Origin: the human T2T-CHM13v2.0 reference genome, Homo sapiens
Assembly (NCBI RefSeq): GCF_009914755.1
Contig: NC_060939.1
Length of the DNA stretch: 64,000 nucleotides
Direction: 5' to 3' (one strand)
Shown piece by piece: positions 39,661 through 55,228 of this stretch. The translations under genes and the position numbers were made by a program. The notes below the pieces were generated by a model. The model did not search any database. It was given only the letters and a program-made list of their open reading frames with translations, and had not been told where the DNA came from. Each line of letters opens with the position of its first letter. The stretch's first letter is position 1.

Positions 39661-41639
39661 TTCTCAAAGAGAGAAATATATTTACTAAGCAGAGTATAGC
39701 ATTTTTGTACAGTTCTTATTGTCTTTACCCTTACACTATGCAGTCAAAATACTATTTTCCAAAGTTAATTATGTTAGTCCTGTTTTCCCTATTTCTTTCA
39801 ACATGGTAACGTTAATGATCTGTAATCCAATTAGACTAATTAGTTATAGTTGACAGTCTATTTGGGGTTCAAGAAATGTCATGAACTTACGGTCTGTCTA
39901 GCTTTTTTCTTGTGCATATTTAAGAGTGACACTTGTTCCCGCTCTCTATATACCCAAGTGAGAACTAGAAGTTGTGATCTGCATTACTTTTCAAGTGAAG
40001 TGTTCTTTTAAATATGAAGAAAACACAAATAACTAATACTAAAAAAATCCCCAACTCATAAATACACATAAATAAAATCATGTCTAACACAAGTATTAAA
40101 CTGAATTTTCAGGAAGAGACAATATTCTAAGTATATTACATGGATGTCCTTGGTTCCCTTGGTCTGCAAGCTTCCAAAGTTTTATTTAAGGGATACTCAG
40201 CCACATTTCAAATACTGCTCTCTGCTGTCTTTGTTGCCCTTTGGGCTCTCAATGATTCCCTCAACATAGTTGGGCCTCTATCAGCCTCAGTAATTGCCCA
40301 AGCTTTTTTGAGTTTAAAAAAAAAAAAAAAGGTAATTGAATGAATACAGTTCTACTGTGGCCTTCAGTGAACTTAGTTTCCTTTGTGGGTGTCCATTCAA
40401 CTTCTTAACTAATGTGGAGCTTTAGGCAAGAATTTCTATGTTTGGGGAATCAAAGCAAGTGATTCTAAATCAGGCCGCACTGAGTTCATTTTAACTATAA
40501 TTTACAGATGTGTTTAGATTTTTAAAATGTACAGCCGCATATATATAAGAACAGATTTTCTTTGTACTTAGGTTTAACTGTCACTCATAAAACACACATA
40601 GTACTGTGCTCTCAATAGAACGATTTGAAACACCTGACAACTGTTGAACAAACAGTAATTCATTAAAAGCTTGGAGAAGTTTTCTCTTCAGTGGTATGAA
40701 TAGCTTTGCCTTTACTCCTGGACAGAATGCTAATGCGGAGAGCCTGTGATCAAAGTGTACTGGAAATGTGCTTTTAGGACAGGGATTCGCCCCACACTAG
40801 TGTTTCTGTTTGATTCTTTCTTTAAGTAAGAATGCCACTTGCAGCAGAGGGGAAAACTGACAATTCTGAATAAGGAAATTAGTCAAGGCTGAAATGTTTT
40901 CTGATATCTTGATAAATGTAAAGGTTTTTCTTTGTAGCCTAGCCTTTGCTACCTCATTTCTCTACTATGAACAGATCCAGTGGTTGGACAGCTACAGCTT
41001 CTCTTTCTAGCTGGCAGAAATGTTCCTGGAAGTTGACAAGCAGCCCACACAATATGGTGTGTGCTCTTATTACTGAAGACAGGCTGAAAATGCATTGCCC
41101 GCTCTGGTGCTCATTGTTGCAGCTGTTGCTAATGAGGGTTTTTTTTGTGTGTTTTTTTTTTCTTTTGTGTGTGTGTGAGTGTGATAATCAAATGAGACTC
41201 CTGTCCTACGACAAGTCACATATATGGTTGTTTCTTCAGGTGTGGATCTAGGAAACCCTTTCAGACCTGTCAGTCACAATCTTAATTATAAATGGCTCCA
41301 TTTTGTGTGTGTGTCTTGATTTTACATTTTAACATTATTTCTAAATGCTTTTTAGAGGCACTTAACTCTCATTTAGCCCTGCTTAAGATGAAAAAAAGTG
41401 TATTTAAATAAAAAATTAGTCCACCTTCTTAATATCTCAATCTATTTTTTAATTTTATCTGTAACATGGAACTCTCACATGGAAATATATTTAATATTTA
41501 AAATTATCTTTTCAGATAAGAGCTAATAAAATGAGGAATATTTATATATAATAACAGATGTAGCAGGTTAAATCCAAAAAATGTAGTAGGATTTTAGGTC
41601 AGCGAAATCACATATACCTCTATTTGTATTTCAAAATGT

Positions 41640-43330
<1,691 letters not shown>

Positions 43331-43844
43331 AATTTCCAAAATATTTTTTAAAATATTGTAGCATTTCAGCACTGGGAAGTTGCCTTGTTCTCAATATTGT
43401 AAAACAGTGTGATTGAGTGTAGAGTTTGAAGCAGTTTTCACTGTGCTGGTTGTTAATCCAATACACCTTTCACAGATGGAGAGAGGAAGAGGAAACTTTT
43501 CTTTGGAAGAATTCAAGATTTGTACCTAGAAGCAACTAAGTAGGGATACAAGAATGTAGAAATGAAGAATTCTCCAAAACCTGTCTATAACTCAGTGTGT
43601 ATTTGACACACAAAAAAAACCTCTTCTTCATCCACTATCCCTCTAAGTTAACGACTGTATTCTCTTGTGATTTTTGAAAGACAAGAAGTCAAATAGAATA
43701 TAATTATTTAAATTTTAGTATAAGAAGACTAGATATTGATCTATTATGGCCCTGAAGGCTTTTGGGAATCAAAGATTTATCCAGAGAAATAACCCTTGAT
43801 AATCACTAAAGGGGCATTCACTCTTTCAGGCTGCCAGAGTATAG

Positions 43845-44040
43845 TGTGGGGGTCCCCAGCTCATACATGTATAGAGGCCAATCAACAACAGTAACGGGTG
43901 AAGCCAACTTGGTGGAACACATTAGGCAGGGTGGACAGTAGGACTGTCTGGAGAATGTGCTTCTTTCAAAAGCATCCGTATTGAAGTTTTAAACACACTG
44001 CAGTGTAAACAAAAAACTTCCTTCTGAACATGCCACCTCA
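43845..44040. mobile_element. Possible MER45-like hAT element
   Basis: ggggtccccagctcatacatgtatagaggcca...gggtgaagccaac resembles the MER45 5' end as recalled. Confidence 0.4.
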
Positions 44041-44195
44041 ATGCCCTTTTGATTTCTGGATTTATGCAGCATAATCAAAATTCAATGTTTTTCCAGGACA
44101 CCTTTTTAGTTATTTTATTGTTTCTCTTTATTAGCATAAGTTCAAATTTTATGTATGCAAAATTATTCTTATTTTTCAGGTGACTCTCTGTTTCT

Positions 44196-44206
44196 CACAC
44201 ACACAC

Positions 44207-44237
<31 letters not shown>
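44196..44237. repeat. (CA)n microsatellite, interrupted once
   Basis: Read directly from the sequence. Confidence 0.97.
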
Positions 44238-44259
44238 TTTTACATGGAGGTCTAATCAC

Positions 44260-46830
44260 AAAATCTTCCAAATTTCTTTAAAAATAGTCCTTAATTTGCA
44301 GATCCAAGAAACTCAACAAAACAGCAATAGGATAAAATATGAAATACTCATTAAAAACACAATAACCACACTGTTGACATCATAATACAGAGAAAATATG
44401 TAAAATGGTGAGGGGTTAAAAAAAAACAGGGCCAAGTGAAAGTTATGCTAGGAATGCAAGGTTAGTTTAACATTCAAAATTAATTAATGTAATACATATG
44501 TAATATTAATTGTATGAAAACAATCCCCATATTTTCAATAGAAAATGCATTAAACCAAATTCGATTACTGTTCATGATAAAAACCTCTCAACAAATTAAG
44601 AATAAAGTGGAAATTCCTCAACCAGAGAAGGGCACCTATGAAATATCTACAACTAACAAGTTGAAAGACTGAATGTTATCCATATACTACGAGAACAAAA
44701 AGGAGGAAACACTTTCGACCTCATTCTAAGAGGTCAGTATTACCATGATACCAAAGCCAAAAATATAACAAGAAGAGAAAACTGCATTCCTCATGAATAG
44801 AATTAAAAATATTTAATCAGATTATACTAAAGTCAATTCAACAAAATAAAAAAGAAGTTATCAAACAGAAGCAAATGAAGGTTGTATCAGGAATGTAAGA
44901 TTGTCCAGGAAAGTAAGCATGTTCACTCTTCCCACTTTTATTTAACGATTTAGTTCCAGTAATTGCTATAAGACAAAAAAAAAATAAAATATCCAGATTG
45001 TAAAGGAAGAAGTAAAACTCTATTGCAGAAGATCTGATCCTATTTGTGAAAATAGGCACCCACACAATCAGAATGAATAATTGAAAAATAAAATTAGGAA
45101 AATAATTACATTCCAAATAGAACTTTAAAACCTTAGAAAATTTAAAGAAGATACATTTATAGAAAACTACAAAACACTGATAACTGAAATTGAGCAGTAT
45201 TTAAATAAACCAAGAGATACTTCACGTTCAAGGAGTGGAAGTCTCAGCATTAGTCTAATGAAAATTCTTCAAAAATTAATCTAAACAATGTGATTCATGT
45301 CAAAATAACATTAGACTTTTATTTTCTAGACATTGACAGGCTTATCTGAACATGTATTTGTAAATGCAAAGGACTTGAAATTACTAAAATAACTTTGAAA
45401 AAGAAGAGTAAATTTGGAGGACCTGCACTACCCACTAACCAGTAATCACAAGAGTGGTTTACTGGTATAGTAATAGGCATATAGATGATGGAATGGAATT
45501 GTGAGTGCAGAAATAAACCCTTATGATCAATTAGTTTTTGGCAAAGGTTCCACAGAAATTCAATGAGAAAAAAATTAACAATGGCCTGAGACAATTGGAT
45601 ATCCATATGTAAAAATATAAATGTAGACAGTTACTGTGTCCCAAAATACAAATATTAACTCAAAATGAAACACAGACCTAAAAATAAGAGCTAAAATTCT
45701 AAATCTTCTAGTAGAAAACAGAAGAAATTTTTCATGACCATAGGTTAGCTAAAGAATTCTAAAATCTAACACCAAATTACAATCTATAAAATGAAAAAAT
45801 TAATAAATTTGACTTTATCAAAATTTAAATTCTGTGACTTTTAGGCACCATCAGTAACAAAATGAAAAGGCGAGCACAGGCTTAAAGAAAACATGTTTTA
45901 CTAATATATCCAACAATGGAATTGTAACTAAATTATATAAAAACTCTTAAAACTCAATAACAAGAAGACAAACAACATAATTTTTAAAAAGGTCCACAAA
46001 TATAAACAAACATTTTACCATAGAAGATACATAAGGGAGTATTAAACATATGAAAATATGTTCATCATTGTGTGTCTTCAGGTAAATACAAATTAAATCC
46101 CAGTGAGCTATCATGATCCTCCCACTTAAATGACCATAACAAAAAAGAGAGAAAATAACAATTGTTAGTGAAAATGTGGAGAACTTTGCTCTTGCATTGC
46201 TGGTGAAACATAAAATGATAAATCACTTTGGGAAATATGTTGTCAAGATGACTTAGAAATCCTACTCTCATATACCTACCTAAGAGAAATGCAAACATAT
46301 GTTCCCACAAAGACTTGTGTAACAAATGTTTATAGCCAAATTACTTGTTATTAAAAAAAAAACAGGAAAAAATTCAAATGTCCATTAACTGGTGCAAGGA
46401 AAAACAAAATGTGGTATACTCGTACAATAGAATATTATTCATGAATATGAAGGAACCAGCCACTGATACATGCTATTACATAAATAAACCTTAAATATAC
46501 TATACTAAGTAAAAGAAGGCAGATGCAATAATCTACGTATTGTTAGATTCCATTTATATCAAAGCTTCATAAAAAGCAAAGCTATTGAGACAAAAAGCTG
46601 GTTCATGTTTATCTGAGAATGATGGTGGGTTCAGCGATCGACCTTAAATGAGCATAAGGGAACACTTTGGGGTAATGGAACTGTCCCTATACTGGATTGT
46701 GGTGATGGTTTCACAACAGTATAAATTAATTTTAAAATATTAATTTAACTATTATAATGTGTGAATTTATAGTATGTAATTTATATGCTTACCCCCACAA
46801 AAGTAAATATAAAAACAAATAAAAATAAAA
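44260..46830 (+). mobile_element. Old L1M fragments (ORF1/ORF2 pieces plus L1MC/MD-type 3' end)
   Basis: Decayed ORF2 similarity, partly out of consensus order (44430-44900), and an L1M 3'UTR ending ~46790. Confidence 0.75.
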
Positions 46831-48189
46831 GGGAAAATAATATATATGTCAGTATCGGTTATTTTCAAATTTAAAAATTCTGGATAAAAGAAAAACTAGA
46901 TTCCTAAAATGTTAGAAAAAAAAAGCTTTTCTTTGCCTTTTTCTTTCCATTTGATTGCCTAGTTTAATGTTAACACATGAAAGAACTCGTAGCAGATTTT
47001 ATTGGAACTCGTAGCAGCAGTTAGGTCTGCTGACTGTTTCTGTCCTACATTTATTTCTTACTCTAGTCTTTTTCCAGCATGTCTTGCTGAGCAATGGATT
47101 ACGGCCTCAGAGCTATCAATTCAACAGATAGAATCTCACAAAGTGTGTTTCACCAGATGTTAATGGATGTGATTACCCCTCCTCACAATCTCAAAATATT
47201 TTAAGAACTGATAAGGGTGGATAACAGTGGCTAAAAATAAACAGGTTTCATTACTGCAGAGCCTCTCACAATCCTTAGGATGTTATTGTAATTTTGTTTT
47301 CTTTTTACAAAACATATATTAAAAGACCTTACAGGGTCACTCAGAGAACCAGCAATGCCAATTTCAATGGCCAATTTCAAAGCACAAGCACATGATGGAA
47401 ATGAAAATGGAAAACATAATTTCAGCCTGCACTTCCCTAGTCAGAGCTCCATCACATGATAGCACTTAACTACAAGAAGGCTTTGAAATGTAGTCCAATA
47501 CTAGGCACATGATAAGGAGGGAATGAGTGTGACAGACATCTAGCCGGTATCCCTGCTGAAAATGAGGAAACCTCAGCTGATTCTTTGGTTTGTGCAACTC
47601 ATAAACTTCCCAGCGATAGATGGAATATGTCTACCAATAGGTATATACAATACAACACTACTTCTAGAGAAGGATATAATGGATCTGACATTTTTTCAAA
47701 TCCCCATTTCTACTCTTCATCATCTCAGCCCTTTATCCTCTACTATCTATGTTTTTTAAAACATTTTGTCTGAACATGCCATATAAAATAATACCTTGTG
47801 GGTGGGGGTGGGGGGATGCTTCTTTTTAAAGCACTTAAAAATTTTTCTCTAAATGCTATCATGTTATCTACATTTCCTTTAGTAACATGACTAAAACTTG
47901 TGAAATGTTTTGTTTTTCACATCACTTTTACATGAAAAATTCCATTTAATCCTCATACTTTTCCTAGGAAGCATATATTATTGTCCCTATATTACAAATA
48001 AGCTGCAGATGGTGAAGCACAGTGTACTTTTTCACTGACACTGAGAGATTGTGTAATATATTTTAGGGAGTGTCTCATAGGTGTTTTTGGTACAAGTTTA
48101 AATCAGACAAGTTTAGGGGATATATCATCTTAGTAATTCAGTGGCAATTTTGAGAACCTGGGTATATGAAATGATGTCTACACTGAAAG

Positions 48190-49090
48190 GAAGGACTTAC
48201 TTATGTATTCATTACATAATATCCCCAAATTCATAGAGTACTTCTTTTAGGTCCCTATGCTAAATACCAAGAATACAAAGAATTTTTAAAATCAACCTTT
48301 TATGTCCTACATGGAGCTTTAAATCTAACTTGAGTGCCAGAATTAGCATGGGCAACAATAAATGGTATGTGTGGATAATTGGGTTAATGCCAAATGAGTA
48401 TGACAATAAGTCCTACAAGTGTGGATTTGAAATGATGCTTTGGGGTTGGAGTAATCAGGAATTGCTTCAAGAAGCTGTAAAATTGAGAAGAGATGAGGGC
48501 ATTCTTTACTAAGAAGAGAGGGAGAAAGTAAGATAATCTAGGTAGAAGGAATGGCATGAACCTAAGCACAGAAGTAAAAAGTAGCATGGCATATCCAAAC
48601 AGCATTGTGCAGACCTGTTTTACCTAGAAAGACTTCCTATCAGGAAAGTGAAGACGATAAGATTAGAGAAAAAACAGATGATGGAGGTCTCCGGATACCA
48701 CAAAAAAAAAATGTTTAAATTTTCCATATGGGCAGTGAGAGACAACTATTTCAGAGTAATTTTCATATATCAAATTGTTCTATTTATTTTGTATCCTCTC
48801 ACCAGTAGATAAGCTCTCTGTTCACTACACTTGGAGCAAAAACTGACACTCCGTATGTAATATGCACTCAGTTAGTGTTGACCATCTGGCTGATTGGCAT
48901 TTAAGGTTTCTAGGCAAGCAAATTTCCTACACAATGTGGATGAATTTATAAGATTAACTTATAATGAGGCCTGAACAGATCTATATACTGAGAGACTATA
49001 CAGAAAGGCGAGTTAGAAAGTTGTGGCAATAATTCAGGCATGAAGGAAGGTTGTAGCAGATAATCATAGACATTTGGGGACAAGGGATAG
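48190..49090. mobile_element. L2 remnants
   Basis: Purine-rich L2 antisense body (gcatggcatatccaaacagca; ttgtggcaataattcaggcatga). Confidence 0.6.
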
Positions 49091-50589
49091 CTGAAAATCT
49101 TAAATAAGAAGCAAGCCTAATTGATACATAAGTAGTTTTAAATTAAAATACAAAAAGGAAATCCCAAACGGCAAATTAAGGACTCTGAATATCTCTTCTT
49201 CCATAGAAGCAACAAGAACACTGACAGTAATTGTTAAAATCCACGTTTTCAGAACTCTCAAAATTAATCAAATGGTTGAAAATTTATGGAGCATTTATTC
49301 TTTAAGAAACGGCTAAGTCTTGGTAAGAATTATGAACTGCAAACATTATACTCCCATCCCCTCTGCCCAGCTTTGCAGTAGTCTTGAAAAACAATGGGCT
49401 CACAACCACTATACCTGTGATAACCAGTTGCCCTGCAGCGACTAAAAGGAGCTCATCAGATTTGGAGCTTCATCCAAACACCATTTCTAGACAATTTTTA
49501 CTATTTAATGTCTGAAAATTATCTGGAAAATCCCTTCACAAGGGTCTTTATTTGACTAGACTCATAGTACTCAGTGGGAAAGCCCTATGCCCAGGCTGTA
49601 CATCAGAAATATTTAGGAGCAACTGTTTAATGTTTCAGCTTACTCGAGGTGACAAAACAAATTGGGACAAGAGGTCATCCAAAAAACTAAAAACAAAAAC
49701 AAAAACACAATTAGAATGTAGTATCTAGAGAGAACTTTGAAAAGTTCTGAACTATTCCTGAGAATCTAGAAGACTATGTGCAAATAAAGGTTGTGTACAT
49801 GCCCAAGAAATACCTAAAAAAGTCCTAATATCTTACCACTTTCTGACTTTGAGGTCTTTCTGTGCAACAATGAAGTGAAGGGCAAGGCAAAGTTGTAAAC
49901 TGCTGGAGCGTTGAAGGCATGCCTCAACACAAATAAAGTGGCCCTGCCCAATGGGGACGAAATTTGTTACTTCAATGAATCTGAACAAATCTGTCCAATC
50001 ATTACCTGACCATTAGGCTAATCGAGGAGAGAGTTCAGTGACTGCTCTTGACAAATAATATGGGATTTCCAGAATTCATTCAGAAAAACTACTAAACAAA
50101 TAAGTAATCACAAAAAAACCTCTGGGATGACCAGGGTGGTCACATTATATGATATAAAATATCCAGTTTTTGTCAACAATGACAAAAACAAGATCTACAA
50201 AAAGTGGGAAACTATGGCCCATACACAGAGAAAAATATAGTCAATAGAAATCATCTCTGAGGAAGCCCATATTTTGAACTTAATAGAAAAATACTTAAAA
50301 GTAGATGTTATAAATATGTTCAAGCAACTAAAGGAAACTATGACTAAGGAATTAAAGATAGTGTGAGAATGCCGTATGGCCAAATAAGGATTGTCAATTA
50401 AGAGGAATAAATTATATAAAAAAATGAAATTCTGCAGTTGAGAAATGTAAGTGAATGAAAAATTTACTAAGGAGACTTAGTAAATTTGAGCTAGCAGAAT
50501 AAAGATGAAGTGAACATAAATACATGTCAATCAAGATAGTCTACTATGAGAAAAAGAAAAAAAAATTATAAAATTGAATAAAGCTTCAG

Positions 50590-50897
50590 TTCATTATCCT
50601 TAGCAATCTAACGCAGGAACAGAACACCAAACACCACATGTTCTCACATACAAGTGGGAGCTGAACAATGAGAACACATGGACACAGGGAGGAAAACAAC
50701 ACACACTGAGGCTTGTGGATCAGGAGTGGGGAAAGGGAGAGTTTCAGGGTAAATAGCTAATGCATGATGGGCTTAATACATAGGTGATGGGTTGATAGGT
50801 GCTGCAAACCACCATGGCACACGTTTACCTATGTAACAAACCTGCACATTCTGCACAGGTATCTCGGAACTTAAAATACAATTAAAAATATTTTAAA
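50590..50897 (+). mobile_element. L1PA11-13-like 3' fragment with TSD
   Basis: L1PA 3'UTR (aaatagctaatgcatg...gggcttaatac); TSD gaataaagcttcag / gaaaaaagcttcag (50576-50589, 50898-50911). Confidence 0.88.
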
Positions 50898-51446
50898 GAA
50901 AAAAGCTTCAGAGACCTGTGATACGCCATCATTCATATCAACAGCCATATAATGGAATATCAAAAAAAATAGAGAAAGAGAAAGAGACAAAAATAATATT
51001 TGAAGAAGGAATAGCCACAAACTTCCCACATTTGATGAAAAACACTAATCAGCATATCCAAAAAGCTTAATAAACACCAAGGATGATAAACTCAAAGATA
51101 ATAACATCTAGATTTACAATAGCTAACCTGTTGAAGATGAAGACATTACCTTCAAACTAACAAAAAAAGTAACTTATGTATAAGGAAGCCTCAATAAAAT
51201 TGACAATTTTCAAAAATTGTCTTATTAAAAACATGGATGTTAGAAGCAAAGGGATGACATATTCAAAGGCTCAAAAGAAAAAAAATCAACCAAGAATTGT
51301 ATGTTCAACAAAACTATACTTCAAAAATTAAAGAGAAGTTAAAACATCTCCAGATAAACAAAAATTGAAGGAAAGTGTCACTAATGTGCCCTACAAGAAA
51401 TAGTAAAAGAAGTTTTTCAGATTAAAATGAAATGACACTAGACATT

Positions 51447-52526
51447 TATTGGGGAACCTGCCCCCGATTTCACATAGGTTCTTTTCTGTTTTCCCTAAGC
51501 ATCGACCAGGTTGAGAAATAAAGAGACAGAGTACAAAAGAGAGAAATTTTAAAGCTGGGTGTCCGGGGGAGACATCACACATCAGTAGACTCCGTGATGC
51601 CCCGCAAGCAGTAAAACCAGCAAGTTTTTATTAGGGATTTTCAAAAGGGGAGGGAGTGTACGAACAGGGTGTGGGTCACAGAGATCACATGCTTCACAAA
51701 GTAATAGAATATCACAAGGTAAATGGAGGCAGGGTGACATCACAGGACCACAGGACCAGGACAACATTAAAATTGCTAATGAAGTTTCGGGCACCATTAT
51801 CATTGATAACATCTTATCAGGAGATAGGGTTTGAGAGCAACCAGTCTGACCAAAATTTATTAGGCGAGAATTTCTTCTTCCTAATAAGCCTGGGAGCACT
51901 ATGGGAGACCGGGGCTTATTTCATCCCTACAGTTTCGACCATAGAAGATGGCCACACTCAAAGGGGCCATTTTAGGGACCTACCCTCAGGGGCGCTTTCT
52001 CTTTCTCAGGGATGTTCCTTGCTGAGAAAAAGAATTCAGCGATATTTCTCCCATTTGCTTTTGAAAGAAGAGAAATATGGCTCTGTTCCACCCGGCTCAC
52101 CAGTGGTCAGAGTTTAAGGTTATCTCTCTTGTTCCCTGAACATTGCTGTTATCCTGTTCTTTTTTCAAGGTGCCCAGATTTCATATTGTTCAAACACACA
52201 TGCTCTACAAACAATTTGTGCAGTTAACACAATCATCACAGGGTCCTGAGGTGACATACATCCTCCTCAGCTTACGAGATGATGGGATTAAGAGATTAAA
52301 GTAAAAACAGGCATAGGAAATCACAAGGGTATTGATTGGGGAAGTGATAAGTGTCCATGAAATCTTCACAATTTATGTTCAGAGATTACAGTAAAGACAG
52401 GCATAAGAAATTAAAAAAGTATTAATTTGGGGATCTAATAAATGTCCATGAAATCTTCACAATTTACGTTCTTCTGCCATGGCTTCAGCCAGTCCCTCCG
52501 TTCAGGGTCCCTGACTTCCCGCAACA
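51447..52526 (-). mobile_element. MER11 (B/C-like) solo LTR of HERV-K11/HML-8
   Basis: Minus strand begins tgttgcgggaagtcagggacc; 1080 bp; 6-bp TSD gacatt/gacagt; internal ~90-bp tandem duplication at 52291-52471. Confidence 0.92.
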
Positions 52527-52692
52527 GACAGTCACATGCATCCATATGAAGTACAGAGCTCCAGAAAAGGAAACCACATAGATGAATACAAGACATTATA
52601 AATACAGTTTTGTTCGTAATCTTTTTTTACTATCTTATATGAAGAAAAAATGAAGCAATAATTATAATGTTGTGTTTGTCAGCTTATACTAT

Positions 52693-52900
52693 TGTGAAGG
52701 AAAAGTTAAATTTGAACTCAATTGAACATGGACACAAACAATTATCACTAAGTCCTGGAACAGGTTGTGTGAGAGCCCCTTGAGGTGTTCATCCGGCACT
52801 GTTTTGGAGAAATCTCTATTTCAATCTATTCCAATACGTTTGTTATTGAAAAACAGTAGAAAATTGCAAAAACAAGTTGACCCTTTTGTGTTCCTTGAGT
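52693..52900. mobile_element. ERV1 (MER4-group) LTR-element fragment
   Basis: Starts tgtgaaggaaaag and contains ctcaattgaacatggacacaaacaa...caagttgaccctttt, recalled from ERV1 MER4-group elements; exact family uncertain. Confidence 0.5.
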
Positions 52901-52927
52901 CATATATTTGTATGAAGGAAAAAGCCA

Positions 52928-53485
52928 CATATATGGGAAAAAGCTGTATGTGTGTGTATATACATAAAATATACATGTGTGTATAGATATATGTGTATAA
53001 GTGTGTGTATACATGTATATGCATGTGTGTGTATGTATACACACACATACATATACACATATACACATACATATATGTATGCTGTGCATGCATACATATA
53101 CACACATATGTATGTCTATGCATATGTATGCATATGCATACATATGCATGCATAGATATACGTATGTATATATGTGTATATGTACATGTGTGTATATGTA
53201 CACATATACATATGCATATGCACACATAGGCACATATGTACACACATACACATATGCACGCCATGTGCTCCATAACGATCATTTTTTCAACATTAGATTG
53301 CATATGACACTGGTCCCATAAGATTATATGTGTGTATGTATATGTATGTGTATGTGTGTGTATATGGGACCACTATCTTATGGGAGCACATACACACATA
53401 TATGGTGCCTTAAAACAGTGGTCCATATATACACATATACACATACATATACAGCTATAACACATATACACATACATACATATGT
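52928..53485. repeat. Complex alternating purine-pyrimidine (TA/CA/TG) low-complexity tract
   Basis: Read directly; it generates the Cys/His/Tyr-rich ORFs in several frames. Confidence 0.95.
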
Positions 53486-53830
53486 ATGCCATGTGCTCCA
53501 CAACAAAAATTTGTTCAATAGTAGATTGCATATATGACAGTGGTCCCATAAGATTGTGTCATATTTTTACTGAAACTTTTCTGCATTTAGATATGTTTAG
53601 ACACACAAATACTTGCCATTGTGTTACAACTGCCTACAAAATTGAGTATGGTAACATGCTGTATAGGTTTGTAGCCTGGGAGCAATAGGCTATGCCATAT
53701 AGCCTAGGTGTGTAGTAGGCTATACTATCCAGTTTTGTGTAAGTACACTCTATGATGTTCACACAGTGATGAAATTACCTAATGATGCATTTCTCAGAAC
53801 ATATCCACATCATTAAGTGACACATGACTC
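53486..53830 (+). mobile_element. Tigger3a (MER7A-like) non-autonomous TcMar DNA transposon
   Basis: gtggtcccataagatt, gtagcctgggagcaataggcta and terminal ...cattaagtgacacatgact; ~345 bp. Confidence 0.9.
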
Positions 53831-54396
53831 TTGTGTGTTTGTGTAAATATAAACTTAAAAATCTAAAAGCACTAGAAAATATTTATTAAACACAGAAAAT
53901 ACATCAATGAAAAAATAGAGAAAACAAAGACACATAGAAGTATAATTTAAAAATCAGACAAATCTTACGTTAACAATTATATTGTAATTAATTGCTATGT
54001 AATTAATATGTAAATGTTTATACACTGTACACGGATTGTCAGAAATGATTTTTTAAAGACATTATCCAATAGCATGACATATACAATGGAAATGCTATAG
54101 ATTCAAAGACATAAGTAGGTTGAAGGTAAAAGTATGAAAAAAGATATACCATACAAATAATAACCAAAAGAGAGCTGAAGTGGATACACTAGTAGCAGAC
54201 AAAAAAAAAAAAAAAAAATTAAGACTGAAATGCCTATGCTAATATCAGAAAATGGACTTTAGAACACACTGTTAACAGAGACAAATAATGAAATTTCATA
54301 GTGATAAGAACATCAACCATCAATCAGGCATACTTAACAGTTATAAACATTCATGCACTTAACCACAGAATCCCAAAATAAGTGAAGAAAAGTTGA

Positions 54397-54771
<375 letters not shown>

Positions 54772-55228
54772 AACAAGGAAACAGAAGACTATAAAAACAA
54801 TATGTAACAACTAGGCCTAAAAGACATCTATAAAACATTCTGCACAACAATAGCAGATTACAACTTCTTTTAATGTGAACGCAAAATATTCTATAGAAGA
54901 AAGCACAGTTAGGCTTTAAACAAGACTCAATAAGTGCAAAGGATTGAAATTATACAAAGTATGTTCTCTGATCACAATAGAATGAAAGTATGTATTGATA
55001 ACAGAAGAAACTTTGGGCAATTCACAAATTTGTAGAAATTTGGTGACATCATTTTAAATAACTGATGGGTCAAAGAAATCAAAAGGAAAATTAGAAAACA
55101 GTTTGAGATAAATAAATACAAAGCATTGCACTACAAACCTTATGGAATGCAGCTAAAGCAGTGATCAGAGAGAATTTTACAGTTATAAATTTTACAAGTA
55201 TAAATACCTAAATTAAAAAGAAAGATAG

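Noticed and set aside
40838-40856. CTCF site (gcagcagaggggaa)
   Set aside because: Partial match lacking the GGC 3' core; too weak without binding data.
47798-47816. G-quadruplex at gggtgggggtgggggg
   Set aside because: Only three separated G-runs; not a canonical four-tract motif.
52291-52471. CRISPR-like or novel repeat array
   Set aside because: Only two ~90-bp units without unique spacers; an internal feature of the MER11 LTR in eukaryotic DNA.
52821-53537. Cys/His/Tyr-rich ORFs up to 160 aa resembling metal-binding proteins
   Set aside because: Artefact of alternating purine-pyrimidine repeats, which lack stop codons in most frames on both strands.
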